Shown piece by piece: positions 1 to 14,914 of a stretch of 64,000 bases of DNA. Both the position numbers and the translations under genes were made by a program. The DNA comes from Escherichia coli. Lineage in GTDB: Bacteria; Pseudomonadota; Gammaproteobacteria; Enterobacterales; Enterobacteriaceae. The notes below the pieces were generated by a model. It was given only the letters and a program-made list of their open reading frames with translations, made no database searches and was not told the origin of the DNA. The stretch lies in the NCBI RefSeq assembly GCF_041248615.1, contig NZ_CP158426.1. The stretch is one strand, 5' to 3'. Every line of letters starts with the position of its first letter. Position 1 is the first letter of the stretch.

Positions 1-37
1 TCAACACGTCACATGAATGATCAGGGAGAGTATTCAT
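1..37 (-). CDS. nadB: L-aspartate oxidase NadB, first 12 codons only (gene runs off the left edge)
   Basis: Reverse complement of 1-37 reads ATG AAT ACT CTC CCT GAT CAT TCA TGT GAC GTG TTG = MNTLPDHSCDVL, close to the NadB N-terminus as I recall it. It is divergent from rpoE as in E. coli. Absent from the ORF track because it has no stop in the window. Confidence 0.6.
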   Translation of the reverse strand, partial: MNTLPDHSCDVL

Positions 38-292
38 TTTCTTTGTTTAATTTACTAAACACGGTTTGGTCAGCATAGCATCATGTTGTGCGATTAAACA
101 CCTGCTATTTTAATATTTGTTACAGTGGCTAAACACGCTGACGCAGGGCGGCGAGAAAAAGAGAAGTTACTGGCTGGTGGAGGATTAGGTGGTGAAATAA
201 AAAGGCCGTTGGGTTACTCTTCAGGCAGTTAAATGGGCATTTCTACACAGATAATGCGATGTTCAGATTCTGTAGACTTATAATGATAGATA

Positions 293-448
293 ATGATCCG
301 TCTACAGCATGACAAACAAAAACAGATGCGTTACGGAACTTTACAAAAACGAGACACTCTAACCCTTTGCTTGCTCAAATTGCAGCTAATGGAGTGGCGT
401 TTCGATAGCGCGTGGAAATTTGGTTTGGGGAGACTTTACCTCGGATGA
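293..448 (+). CDS. rseD: 51-codon leader ORF upstream of rpoE (rseD-like), stop overlapping the rpoE start as ATGA
   Basis: My own translation from ATG 293: MIRLQHDKQKQMRYGTLQKRDTLTLCLLKLQLMEWRFDSAWKFGLGRLYLG, with stop TGA at 446-448 overlapping rpoE ATG 445-447. The 51-aa length and coupled arrangement match the published rpoE leader peptide as I remember it. No strong SD seen. Confidence 0.5.
   Translation: MIRLQHDKQKQMRYGTLQKRDTLTLCLLKLQLMEWRFDSAWKFGLGRLYLG
335..362 (+). promoter_or_regulatory. sigmaE-dependent promoter of rpoE operon
   Basis: GGAACTT (335-341), a 16-nt spacer, then TCTAA (358-362) matches the sigmaE consensus GGAACTT-N15/16-TCNAA. Located about 85 nt upstream of rpoE. 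Confidence 0.7.
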
Positions 449-1020
449 GCGAGCAGTTAACGGACCAGGTCCTGGTTGAACGGGTCCAGAAGGGAGATCA
501 GAAAGCCTTTAACTTACTGGTAGTGCGCTATCAGCATAAAGTGGCGAGTCTGGTTTCCCGCTATGTGCCGTCGGGTGATGTTCCCGATGTGGTACAAGAA
601 GCTTTTATTAAAGCCTATCGTGCGCTGGATTCGTTCCGGGGAGATAGCGCTTTTTATACATGGCTGTATCGGATTGCTGTAAATACAGCGAAAAATTACC
701 TGGTTGCTCAGGGGCGTCGTCCACCTTCCAGTGATGTGGATGCCATTGAAGCTGAAAACTTCGAAAGTGGCGGCGCGTTGAAAGAAATTTCGAACCCTGA
801 GAACTTAATGTTGTCAGAAGAACTGAGACAGATAGTTTTCCGAACTATTGAGTCCCTCCCGGAAGATTTACGCATGGCAATAACCTTGCGGGAGCTGGAT
901 GGCCTGAGCTATGAAGAGATAGCCGCTATCATGGATTGTCCGGTAGGTACGGTGCGTTCACGTATCTTCCGAGCGAGGGAAGCTATTGATAACAAAGTTC
1001 AACCGCTTATCAGGCGTTGA
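445..1020 (+). CDS. rpoE: RNA polymerase sigma-E (ECF sigma-24)
   Basis: ORF 412-1020 trimmed to ATG 445 (MSEQLTDQVLVERVQKGDQKAF...), giving 191 aa. Recognisable E. coli RpoE with ECF sigma regions 2 and 4. Confidence 0.97.
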   Translation: MSEQLTDQVLVERVQKGDQKAFNLLVVRYQHKVASLVSRYVPSGDVPDVVQEAFIKAYRALDSFRGDSAFYTWLYRIAVNTAKNYLVAQGRRPPSSDVDAIEAENFESGGALKEISNPENLMLSEELRQIVFRTIESLPEDLRMAITLRELDGLSYEEIAAIMDCPVGTVRSRIFRAREAIDNKVQPLIRR

Positions 1021-1052
1021 CGATAGCGGGATACTGGATAAGGGTATTAGGC

Positions 1053-1703
1053 ATGCAGAAAGAACAACTTTCCGCTTTAATGGATGGCGAAACGCTGGAT
1101 AGTGAGCTGCTTAACGAACTGGCTCATAACCCAGAAATGCAGAAAACCTGGGAAAGCTATCACTTAATCCGTGACTCAATGCGGGGTGATACTCCCGAGG
1201 TGCTCCATTTCGATATCTCTTCACGCGTGATGGCCGCCATTGAAGAAGAGCCAGTACGTCAACCGGCGACATTGATCCCGGAAGCCCAGCCTGCGCCGCA
1301 TCAATGGCAGAAAATGCCATTCTGGCAGAAAGTACGTCCGTGGGCGGCACAGCTTACCCAAATGGGCGTAGCAGCATGCGTATCGCTTGCAGTTATCGTT
1401 GGGGTCCAGCACTATAATGGACAATCTGAAACGTCCCAGCAGCCCGAAACGCCGGTATTTAATACACTGCCGATGATGGGTAAAGCCAGCCCGGTTAGCT
1501 TGGGAGTACCTTCTGAAGCGACCGCAAATAATGGTCAACAGCAGCAGGTACAGGAGCAGCGTCGTCGCATTAATGCAATGTTGCAGGATTACGAACTGCA
1601 ACGCCGACTCCACTCTGAACAGCTTCAGTTTGAGCAGGCGCAAACTCAGCAAGCCGCTGTACAGGTGCCAGGAATTCAAACTTTAGGAACGCAATCGCAG
1701 TAA
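1053..1703 (+). CDS. rseA: anti-sigma-E factor RseA
   Basis: ORF 1017-1703 trimmed to ATG 1053 (MQKEQLSALMDGETLD...), 216 aa. Central TM segment and Q-rich C-terminus typical of RseA. Confidence 0.95.
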   Translation: MQKEQLSALMDGETLDSELLNELAHNPEMQKTWESYHLIRDSMRGDTPEVLHFDISSRVMAAIEEEPVRQPATLIPEAQPAPHQWQKMPFWQKVRPWAAQLTQMGVAACVSLAVIVGVQHYNGQSETSQQPETPVFNTLPMMGKASPVSLGVPSEATANNGQQQQVQEQRRRINAMLQDYELQRRLHSEQLQFEQAQTQQAAVQVPGIQTLGTQSQ

Positions 1704-2659
1704 TGAAGCAACTTTGGTTTGCCATGTCATTAGTGACAGGTAGCCTGTTATTCTCTGCTAACGCCTCGGCCACTCCCGCGTCCGGGGCGTTATTACAGCA
1801 GATGAACCTGGCCAGTCAGTCACTGAATTACGAGCTGTCATTCATCAGCATCAATAAACAGGGTGTTGAGTCTCTGCGTTATAGACATGCACGCCTCGAT
1901 AACCGTCCTCTTGCACAATTGTTGCAAATGGATGGCCCGCGCCGGGAAGTGGTACAGCGCGGCAATGAAATCAGCTATTTTGAACCGGGACTTGAACCGT
2001 TCACGCTTAATGGCGATTACATTGTTGATTCTCTACCATCGCTCATCTATACCGATTTCAAACGCCTTTCTCCTTACTACGACTTTATCTCCGTCGGGCG
2101 CACGCGTATTGCTGATCGTCTTTGCGAAGTCATTCGTGTGGTTGCCCGAGATGGTACACGCTACAGCTACATCGTGTGGATGGACACCGAATCGAAATTA
2201 CCGATGCGGGTTGATCTCCTTGATCGCGATGGTGAAACGCTGGAACAATTTCGCGTGATTGCTTTTAATGTCAATCAGGATATCAGCAGCAGTATGCAGA
2301 CGTTGGCGAAGGCAAATTTGCCGCCGTTGCTTTCTGTTCCTGTAGGTGAAAAAGCTAAATTCAGCTGGACGCCAACCTGGTTGCCACAGGGTTTTAGCGA
2401 AGTTTCCAGTAGTCGACGTCCGCTACCGACGATGGACAACATGCCTATCGAATCACGTCTCTATTCCGACGGATTATTCAGCTTTTCGGTAAACGTTAAC
2501 CGCGCTACGCCATCGAGCACCGATCAGATGTTGCGCACCGGACGCAGAACCGTCAGTACAAGCGTACGTGATAACGCCGAAATCACCATTGTCGGTGAAC
2601 TGCCGCCGCAAACGGCGAAACGCATTGCCGAGAATATTAAGTTCGGGGCAGCGCAATGA
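1703..2659 (+). CDS. rseB: periplasmic sigma-E regulator RseB
   Basis: 318-aa ORF with signal peptide (MKQLWFAMSLVTGSLLFSANASA). Start overlaps the rseA stop; matches E. coli RseB. Confidence 0.95.
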   Translation: MKQLWFAMSLVTGSLLFSANASATPASGALLQQMNLASQSLNYELSFISINKQGVESLRYRHARLDNRPLAQLLQMDGPRREVVQRGNEISYFEPGLEPFTLNGDYIVDSLPSLIYTDFKRLSPYYDFISVGRTRIADRLCEVIRVVARDGTRYSYIVWMDTESKLPMRVDLLDRDGETLEQFRVIAFNVNQDISSSMQTLAKANLPPLLSVPVGEKAKFSWTPTWLPQGFSEVSSSRRPLPTMDNMPIESRLYSDGLFSFSVNVNRATPSSTDQMLRTGRRTVSTSVRDNAEITIVGELPPQTAKRIAENIKFGAAQ

Positions 2660-3135
2660 TCAAAGAGTGGGCTACCGTCATCTCCTGGGAAAACGGGCAG
2701 GCGCTGGTTAGTTGTGATGTTAAAGCCTCATGCAGCAGCTGCGCTTCACGCGCCGGTTGCGGTAGCCGCGTGTTGAATAAACTTGGCCCGCAAACCACGC
2801 ATACCATTGTCGTACCCTGTGATGAGCCGTTAGTGCCGGGGCAAAAAGTAGAATTAGGAATCGCCGAAGGCAGCCTGCTTAGCTCCGCATTACTGGTTTA
2901 TATGTCGCCGTTGATGGGACTATTCCTCATCGCTTCACTATTTCAGCTACTCTTTGCTTCAGATATTGCAGCATTATGCGGTGCGATTCTCGGTGGCGTT
3001 GGTGGATTCCTGATTGCACGTGGCTGCTCTCGAAAGTTTGCTGCCCGGTCTGAATGGCAACCGATCATCTTAAGCGTGGCCTTGCCGCCTGGCCTTGTGC
3101 GATTTGAAACATCTTCGGAAGACGCGAGCCAGTGA
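2656..3135 (+). CDS. rseC: RseC / SoxR-reducing system membrane protein
   Basis: 159-aa ORF overlapping the rseB stop (ATGA). Cys-rich N-terminus plus two TM helices, as in RseC. Confidence 0.93.
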   Translation: MIKEWATVISWENGQALVSCDVKASCSSCASRAGCGSRVLNKLGPQTTHTIVVPCDEPLVPGQKVELGIAEGSLLSSALLVYMSPLMGLFLIASLFQLLFASDIAALCGAILGGVGGFLIARGCSRKFAARSEWQPIILSVALPPGLVRFETSSEDASQ

Positions 3136-3152
3136 TTTCACTGGCTTTGTTG
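3128..3152 (+). terminator. hairpin plus T-rich tract at the end of the rpoE-rseABC operon
   Basis: GCCAGTGA / TCACTGGC inverted repeat overlapping the rseC stop, followed by TTTGTTGCATTTT. Confidence 0.55.
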
Positions 3153-3332
3153 CATTTTGCATAACAAATGCGAGGACGTTTCCAGATACCACAATCCATA
3201 CGGTATGAACATTTCCTCGCCTCAATGTTGTAGTGTAGAATGCGGCGTTTCTATTAATACAGACGTTAAGCTCAGAACAGCGACTTCTAAAAGCCTGGTT
3301 AACCGGGCATTAAGGCACAATAATCATACTTT

Positions 3333-5132
<1,800 letters not shown>

Positions 5133-5147
5133 CCCTTAGGAGTTGGC

Positions 5148-6122
5148 ATGGCGAATATGTTTGCCCTGATTCTGGTGATTGCCACACTGGTGACGGGCAT
5201 TTTATGGTGCGTGGATAAATTCTTTTTCGCACCTAAACGGCGGGAACGTCAGGCAGCGGCGCAGGCGGCTGCCGGTGACTCACTGGATAAAGCAACGTTG
5301 AAAAAGGTTGCGCCGAAGCCTGGCTGGCTGGAAACCGGTGCTTCTGTTTTTCCGGTACTGGCTATCGTATTGATTGTGCGTTCGTTTATTTATGAACCGT
5401 TCCAGATCCCGTCAGGTTCGATGATGCCGACTCTGTTAATCGGTGATTTTATTCTGGTAGAGAAGTTTGCTTATGGCATTAAAGATCCTATCTACCAGAA
5501 AACGCTGATCGAAACCGGTCATCCGAAACGCGGCGATATCGTGGTCTTTAAATATCCGGAAGATCCAAAGCTTGATTACATCAAGCGCGCGGTGGGTTTA
5601 CCGGGCGATAAAGTCACTTATGATCCGGTCTCAAAAGAGCTGACGATTCAACCGGGATGTAGTTCCGGCCAGGCATGTGAAAACGCGCTGCCGGTCACCT
5701 ACTCAAACGTGGAACCGAGCGATTTCGTTCAGACCTTCTCACGCCGTAATGGTGGGGAAGCGACCAGCGGATTCTTTGAAGTGCCGAAAAACGAAACCAA
5801 AGAAAATGGAATTCGTCTTTCCGAGCGTAAAGAGACACTGGGTGATGTGACGCACCGCATTCTGACAGTGCCGATTGCGCAGGACCAGGTGGGGATGTAT
5901 TACCAGCAGCCAGGGCAACAACTGGCAACCTGGATTGTTCCGCCGGGACAATACTTCATGATGGGTGACAACCGCGACAACAGCGCGGACAGCCGTTACT
6001 GGGGCTTTGTGCCGGAAGCGAATCTGGTCGGTCGGGCAACGGCTATCTGGATGAGCTTCGATAAGCAAGAAGGCGAATGGCCGACAGGTGTGCGCTTAAG
6101 TCGCATTGGCGGCATCCATTAA
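5148..6122 (+). CDS. lepB: signal peptidase I
   Basis: 324 aa with catalytic-Ser box SGSMMPTL and the GDNRDNSxDSR motif. Recognisable E. coli LepB. Confidence 0.97.
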   Translation: MANMFALILVIATLVTGILWCVDKFFFAPKRRERQAAAQAAAGDSLDKATLKKVAPKPGWLETGASVFPVLAIVLIVRSFIYEPFQIPSGSMMPTLLIGDFILVEKFAYGIKDPIYQKTLIETGHPKRGDIVVFKYPEDPKLDYIKRAVGLPGDKVTYDPVSKELTIQPGCSSGQACENALPVTYSNVEPSDFVQTFSRRNGGEATSGFFEVPKNETKENGIRLSERKETLGDVTHRILTVPIAQDQVGMYYQQPGQQLATWIVPPGQYFMMGDNRDNSADSRYWGFVPEANLVGRATAIWMSFDKQEGEWPTGVRLSRIGGIH

Positions 6123-6135
6123 TAGCCCATCTTCG

Positions 6136-6176
6136 TTCACGTTGTCGCCGTTATGGCGACAACGTGAATTATTTAT
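6136..6176 (+). terminator. lepAB intrinsic terminator
   Basis: 14-bp perfect stem TTCACGTTGTCGCC / GGCGACAACGTGAA (6136-6149 / 6155-6168) followed by TTATTTAT. Confidence 0.7.
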
Positions 6177-6267
6177 GAGATAAATCTCCCGTGGCTAACG
6201 ACATCCCCCGTCGTTGTGTATAGAATATTCCCCCGAAGTTTAAGGTTGGCACCTCCAGGTTGCCACG

Positions 6268-6361
6268 GCACACGAAACAGCGTTGGTCCCCATATACCGG
6301 TAAACTGAAACTGCAGCGAAGCAGTTAGCAGAACCATGTATATCAGGTCTGTTTCGTGTGC
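6268..6361 (+). promoter_or_regulatory. long-range stem in the rnc 5' leader (rncO-type RNase III autoregulatory structure)
   Basis: GCACACGAAACAG (6268-6280) is perfectly complementary to CTGTTTCGTGTGC (6349-6361), enclosing a small CTGC...GCAG hairpin. It lies just upstream of the rnc ATG. RNase III is known to cleave its own leader. Confidence 0.55.
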
Positions 6362-6364
6362 TGA

Positions 6365-7977
<1,613 letters not shown>

Positions 7978-7988
7978 GAGTAACTCCG

Positions 7989-8717
7989 ATGGAAGGCTGG
8001 CAGCGCGCATTTGTCCTGCATAGTCGCCCGTGGAGCGAAACCAGCCTGATGCTGGACGTCTTCACGGAGGAATCGGGTCGCGTGCGTCTGGTTGCCAAAG
8101 GCGCACGCTCTAAACGCTCTACTCTGAAAGGTGCATTACAGCCTTTCACCCCTCTCTTGCTACGTTTCGGCGGGCGTGGCGAAGTCAAAACGCTGCGCAG
8201 TGCTGAAGCCGTCTCGCTGGCGCTGCCATTAAGCGGTATCACGCTTTACAGCGGTCTGTACATCAACGAACTTCTCTCCCGCGTACTGGAATACGAGACG
8301 CGCTTCTCTGAACTCTTTTTCGATTACTTGCACTGCATTCAGTCTCTTGCAGGTGCCACTGGTACGCCAGAACCCGCGCTGCGCCGCTTTGAACTGGCAC
8401 TGCTCGGGCATCTGGGCTATGGCGTCAATTTTACCCATTGTGCGGGTAGCGGCGAGCCGGTAGATGACACCATGACGTATCGTTATCGCGAAGAAAAAGG
8501 GTTTATCGCAAGCGTCGTTATCGACAATAAAACGTTCACCGGAAGGCAGTTAAAAGCGTTAAACGCGCGGGAATTTCCTGACGCAGACACACTGCGCGCC
8601 GCGAAACGCTTTACCCGCATGGCGCTTAAGCCGTATCTTGGCGGTAAACCATTAAAGAGCAGGGAACTGTTCCGGCAGTTTATGCCTAAGCGAACGGTGA
8701 AAACACATTATGAATGA
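7989..8717 (+). CDS. recO: DNA repair protein RecO
   Basis: 242 aa ([26 protein letters not shown]...), recognisable E. coli RecO. Confidence 0.95.
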
Positions 8718-8728
8718 TGAGGATTGTC

Positions 8729-9460
8729 ATGGCTGAATTACTGTTAGGCGTCAACATTGACCATATTGCAACGCTGCGTAACGCACGCGGTACTGCTTAC
8801 CCGGATCCGGTGCAGGCGGCGTTTATTGCTGAGCAGGCGGGAGCGGACGGCATTACCGTGCATTTACGTGAAGATCGCCGCCACATTACTGACCGTGATG
8901 TGCGCATCCTGCGTCAGACGCTGGATACCCGCATGAATCTGGAGATGGCGGTGACCGAAGAGATGCTGGCGATCGCCGTTGAGACGAAGCCACATTTTTG
9001 CTGTCTGGTACCGGAAAAGCGTCAGGAAGTAACAACCGAAGGCGGCCTGGACGTCGCAGGGCAGCGTGACAAAATGCGCGATGCCTGTAAACGTCTGGCG
9101 GAGGCCGGGATCCAGGTTTCTCTGTTTATCGACGCCGATGAAGGGCAGATCAAAGCTGCGGCAGAGGTTGGCGCACCGTTTATCGAGATCCACACCGGTT
9201 GCTATGCTGATGCCAAAACTGACGCCGAACAGGCGCAAGAGCTGGCGCGTATCGCCAAAGCCGCGACCTTTGCCGCTAGTCTCGGTCTGAAAGTTAACGC
9301 TGGTCACGGTCTGACCTATCACAACGTGAAAGCTATTGCCGCCATCCCTGAGATGCATGAACTGAATATCGGTCATGCCATTATTGGTCGTGCAGTGATG
9401 ACCGGACTGAAAGATGCGGTGGCAGAAATGAAGCGTTTGATGCTGGAAGCGCGTGGCTAA
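8729..9460 (+). CDS. pdxJ: pyridoxine 5'-phosphate synthase
   Basis: ORF 8714-9460 trimmed to ATG 8729 ([21 protein letters not shown]...), 243 aa. Confidence 0.95.
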   Translation: MAELLLGVNIDHIATLRNARGTAYPDPVQAAFIAEQAGADGITVHLREDRRHITDRDVRILRQTLDTRMNLEMAVTEEMLAIAVETKPHFCCLVPEKRQEVTTEGGLDVAGQRDKMRDACKRLAEAGIQVSLFIDADEGQIKAAAEVGAPFIEIHTGCYADAKTDAEQAQELARIAKAATFAASLGLKVNAGHGLTYHNVKAIAAIPEMHELNIGHAIIGRAVMTGLKDAVAEMKRLMLEARG

Positions 9461-9840
9461 TGGCAATATTAGGTTTAGGTACGGATATTGTGGAGATCGC
9501 TCGCATTGAAGCGGTGATCACCCGATCCGGTGAGCGCCTGGCACGCCGCGTATTAAGCGATAACGAATGGGAAATTTGGAAAACGCACCACCAGCCGGTG
9601 CGTTTTCTGGCGAAACGCTTTGCCGTAAAAGAAGCCGCAGCAAAAGCGTTTGGCACCGGGATCCGCAATGGTCTGGCGTTTAATCAGTTTGAAGTATTTA
9701 ACGATGAGCTTGGTAAGCCACGGCTGCGACTGTGGGGCGAGGCATTAAAACTGGCGGAAAAGCTCGGCGTTGTAAATATGCATGTAACGCTGGCAGATGA
9801 ACGCCACTATGCTTGCGCCACGGTAATTATTGAAAGTTAA
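9460..9840 (+). CDS. acpS: holo-ACP synthase
   Basis: 126 aa ([17 protein letters not shown]...). Start overlaps the pdxJ stop. Confidence 0.95.
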   Translation: MAILGLGTDIVEIARIEAVITRSGERLARRVLSDNEWEIWKTHHQPVRFLAKRFAVKEAAAKAFGTGIRNGLAFNQFEVFNDELGKPRLRLWGEALKLAEKLGVVNMHVTLADERHYACATVIIES

Positions 9841-9861
9841 AAAAATACCGTTCTCTTTATA

Positions 9862-9938
9862 AAGTAAAACCCCCGAACTGGTAAGGAACGGGGGTTTTAC
9901 TTTTTAACTTTAATTTTGTGCAGCACGCACCCTCAACA
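9862..9938 (-). ncRNA. ohsC: OhsC-like antitoxin sRNA of the shoB type I toxin-antitoxin pair (ends approximate)
   Basis: Minus-strand promoter TTGTAA-N18-CATAAT (CATAAT is the complement of 9945-9950) predicts a start near 9938. The first ~21 nt are complementary to 10166-10188 in the shoB leader. The transcript would end at the 9864-9900 hairpin, about 77 nt. Divergent arrangement as published for shoB/ohsC. Confidence 0.5.
9864..9905. terminator. bidirectional intrinsic terminator (acpS on plus strand, ohsC on minus strand)
   Basis: 12-bp stem GTAAAACCCCCG / CGGGGGTTTTAC (9864-9875 / 9889-9900), followed by TTTTT on the plus strand. An A/T-rich run flanks it on the other side. Confidence 0.75.
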
Positions 9939-10259
9939 AGAGCGATTATGGATCAGGGCGGTTATCTTTTACAAGCAACTTGCAATCTTTAGCATAAAAA
10001 CTCGAGCCTTTACGAAGAAAACAATATTGATGGAAAGATTAACGTGACCGCCAATTCGGAAGTACATTAAAATTGGCTTCGTTATTGGCGATTTTGCTGT
10101 GCTTTATACCATGCCACAGAATTCCCCCATTGAAACGAGTGGTGTCGTCAAAGCTCTGGTGTGGAGTGCAGCATGCACCCTCAATAACTCGCACGTTCAG
10201 TTTTGGGGAGATGTAAGGGCTAATCTGAACGGCTGCATTCCTTGTTTAAGGAAAAACGA

Positions 10260-10340
10260 ATGACTGATTGCCGATACCTGATTAAACGGGTCATCAAAAT
10301 CATCATTGCTGTTTTACAGCTGATCCTTCTGTTCTTATAA
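10260..10340 (+). CDS. shoB: type I toxin ShoB (26-aa hydrophobic peptide)
   Basis: My own translation: ATG ACT GAT TGC CGA TAC CTG ... TTA TAA = MTDCRYLIKRVIKIIIAVLQLILLFL, which I recognise as ShoB. SD-like AAGGAAA lies upstream. Below the ORF-track length cutoff. Confidence 0.85.
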   Translation: MTDCRYLIKRVIKIIIAVLQLILLFL

Positions 10341-10357
10341 CATAAGGAAACGTACTT

Positions 10358-10394
10358 AAGGCGCGTCAGGTTAACCAGCCAGGCGCGCCTTTAA
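10358..10394 (+). terminator. shoB terminator hairpin
   Basis: AAGGCGCG (10358-10365) pairs with CGCGCCTT (10384-10391), with an internal GGTTAACC palindrome, followed by a T/A-rich tract. Confidence 0.55.
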
Positions 10395-10534
10395 TAATTA
10401 TAAATAAGTGCTTATACAGATAGTGTTATCATTCATGAAATAATTGATATTTATGATAACATCACGAAAATAAATATAAGAACCTGAAGGCTCACACTAT
10501 AAAGTCAACAATAGTCTACTCCAGGAGCAGAATA

Positions 10535-10831
<297 letters not shown>

Positions 10832-10850
10832 TTATACGCGCATTCTTTAC

Positions 10851-11699
10851 TCAGACCAGTTTTTTCACCAGCGCTTCACTGTGACGAATACGTTCTGGAG
10901 CCAGTTCCAGATCCTGCTGAATCAGCGCAATGAACAGCAAATCCGTTAACATTCCCTGCGCGTGACAAGCAGAGATTGAAGCACTGTTTGTCGCTTGTTC
11001 TTCGGCAATGGTATACAGGCAATGAGAAGCACGCTGTTGCAGGGCATTCGGAGTAAAGCCGGTAATCGCCAGCACTTTTCCGCCCACTCGCAGCATCTCA
11101 TCTGCCGCCAGGTTTAACTCGCGTCGTACACCGGTGTAAGAAATGGCTAATAACAGATCGTCAGGGGACGACGCCTGTACGGTAGCGAGTAGCACATGCA
11201 TATCGCGCACTGCGGCAGCATTGAAGCCAATCTTCATCAGCTTCCAGGCAAAGTTTTGCGCCACCAGACCCGAAGCGCCAATACCGGTCAGAATTATCCG
11301 CCGCGCAGAGCGCAACATTGTTACGCATTCATGCAGTTTCTCTTCACTATTAACGTTTAGCGTTGCGTACATAGCGGCAGTATTTTCTTTAATCAGTTTT
11401 TCGCCGACCAGCCGTAACGGATCATCACCGCGGATTTGGTTATGAATGGGCACGGAGGGCGATTCCGGCTGGCTTGCCAGCGCTTCACTCAACGCCAACT
11501 TAAGCGCCGGAAAACCTTTATAGCCGAGTTTTTGCGCGAACTTCACGACGCTGGACTGACTGACTCCGGCTTCGTTGGCCAGTTGCTGAGAGCTTAAATG
11601 GCGCGCCGTATCAGGTTGTAGCAGAAGATAATCCGCCAGTTTTTTATCACTCTGGGCAAGCCCCTGGTAACGCTGACGGATACGAAGTAAGCCGTTCAT
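10851..11699 (-). CDS. yfhH: RpiR/MurR-family transcriptional regulator YfhH (HTH + SIS domain)
   Basis: ORF trimmed to MNGLLRIRQRYQGLAQSDKKLADYL..., 282 aa. N-terminal HTH (SQSSVVKFAQKLGYKGF) and SIS sugar-phosphate-binding domain. Confidence 0.88.
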   Translation of the reverse strand: MNGLLRIRQRYQGLAQSDKKLADYLLLQPDTARHLSSQQLANEAGVSQSSVVKFAQKLGYKGFPALKLALSEALASQPESPSVPIHNQIRGDDPLRLVGEKLIKENTAAMYATLNVNSEEKLHECVTMLRSARRIILTGIGASGLVAQNFAWKLMKIGFNAAAVRDMHVLLATVQASSPDDLLLAISYTGVRRELNLAADEMLRVGGKVLAITGFTPNALQQRASHCLYTIAEEQATNSASISACHAQGMLTDLLFIALIQQDLELAPERIRHSEALVKKLV

Positions 11700-11907
11700 A
11701 TCTTTCCTCGCGATGAAATAGTGGCGACAACAGGCAATATGAGACAAACGCGAGTGAATTTTATATTCCATTGCCGCTAATTTCCATGAATTAAAAATTC
11801 CAGTTAGCCATGATGCGGTCGATTGTTGCCGGAAAAGTGATGATCTATCTGTTAGGCTATGTAGTAGCGAAAATTAATCAGGATGTTTCAGTCCAGAGGA
11901 GTATGGT

Positions 11908-12543
11908 TTGGCAACTCACGAGCGTCGTGTGGTGTTTTTTGACTTAGATGGAACATTGCATCAGCAGGATATGTTCGGCAGTTTTTTGCGTTATTTACTG
12001 CGTCGCCAACCGCTGAATGCGTTGCTTGTCCTGCCGTTGTTGCCGATCATTGCCATTGCGTTATTGATAAAAGGTCGTGCGGCACGCTGGCCGATGAGTC
12101 TGCTTCTGTGGGGGTGCACTTTTGGTCACAATGAAGCACGTTTACAGACGTTGCAGGCCGATTTCGTACGCTGGTTTCGTGACAATGTTACCGCCTTTCC
12201 GCTGGTTCAGGAGCGATTAACCACCTACCTGTTAAGTTCCGATGCTGATATCTGGTTGATTACCGGCTCTCCGCAGCCGCTGGTTGAAGCGGTTTATTTC
12301 GATACGCCCTGGCTGCCGCGGATTAATCTTATCGCCAGTCAGATTCAGCGTGGCTATGGTGGTTGGGTATTGACGATGCGTTGTCTGGGACATGAAAAGG
12401 TCGCGCAACTGGAGCGTAAAATCGGCACGCCACTGCGGTTGTACAGTGGCTATAGCGACAGTAATCAGGACAACCCGCTGCTTTATTTCTGTCAGCATCG
12501 TTGGCGAGTAACCCCGCGCGGTGAACTCCAGCAACTGGAATAG
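11908..12543 (+). CDS. pgpC: phosphatidylglycerophosphatase C
   Basis: 211 aa from a TTG start with HAD motif FFDLDGTL and one TM segment. Matches YfhB/PgpC. Confidence 0.9.
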   Translation: MATHERRVVFFDLDGTLHQQDMFGSFLRYLLRRQPLNALLVLPLLPIIAIALLIKGRAARWPMSLLLWGCTFGHNEARLQTLQADFVRWFRDNVTAFPLVQERLTTYLLSSDADIWLITGSPQPLVEAVYFDTPWLPRINLIASQIQRGYGGWVLTMRCLGHEKVAQLERKIGTPLRLYSGYSDSNQDNPLLYFCQHRWRVTPRGELQQLE

Positions 12544-12555
12544 AGTAAAGCATAG

Positions 12556-14657
<2,102 letters not shown>

Positions 14658-14822
14658 TTAGTTAATTCTCTGTGTCGTGCGCGTCCCAGCTTGAAAAAAC
14701 GTAATAATAGTGAAAGGTTTACTCATAAATGAGCGGCATTTTGCGTAAACCTGCGCCAGTTGGCAACTTATTACAGCCATTGGCGGCACGCGTTGCTAAT
14801 TCGCGATGGTGATTTTATTTCC

Positions 14823-14838
14823 ACGCAAACGGTTTCGT
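14823..14838. promoter_or_regulatory. PurR operator in the purL promoter
   Basis: ACGCAAACGGTTTCGT closely matches the pur box ACGCAAACGTTTTCNT. A TATAAT -10 lies about 18 nt downstream (14856-14861). Confidence 0.75.
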
Positions 14839-14914
14839 CAGCGCATCAGATTCTTTATAATGACGCCCGTTTCCCCCCCTTGGGTACACCGAAAGCTTAG
14901 AAGACGAGAGACTT

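Noticed and set aside
412-444. GTG-initiated 11-codon extension of rpoE
   Set aside because: Known RpoE begins MSEQLTDQ at ATG 445. The extension overlaps the rseD-like leader ORF.
10851-11771. Labelling the RpiR-family regulator as MurR
   Set aside because: MurR is yfeT, next to murQP elsewhere on the chromosome. This gene, between yfhL and pgpC, is yfhH, and the true start is ATG 11699.
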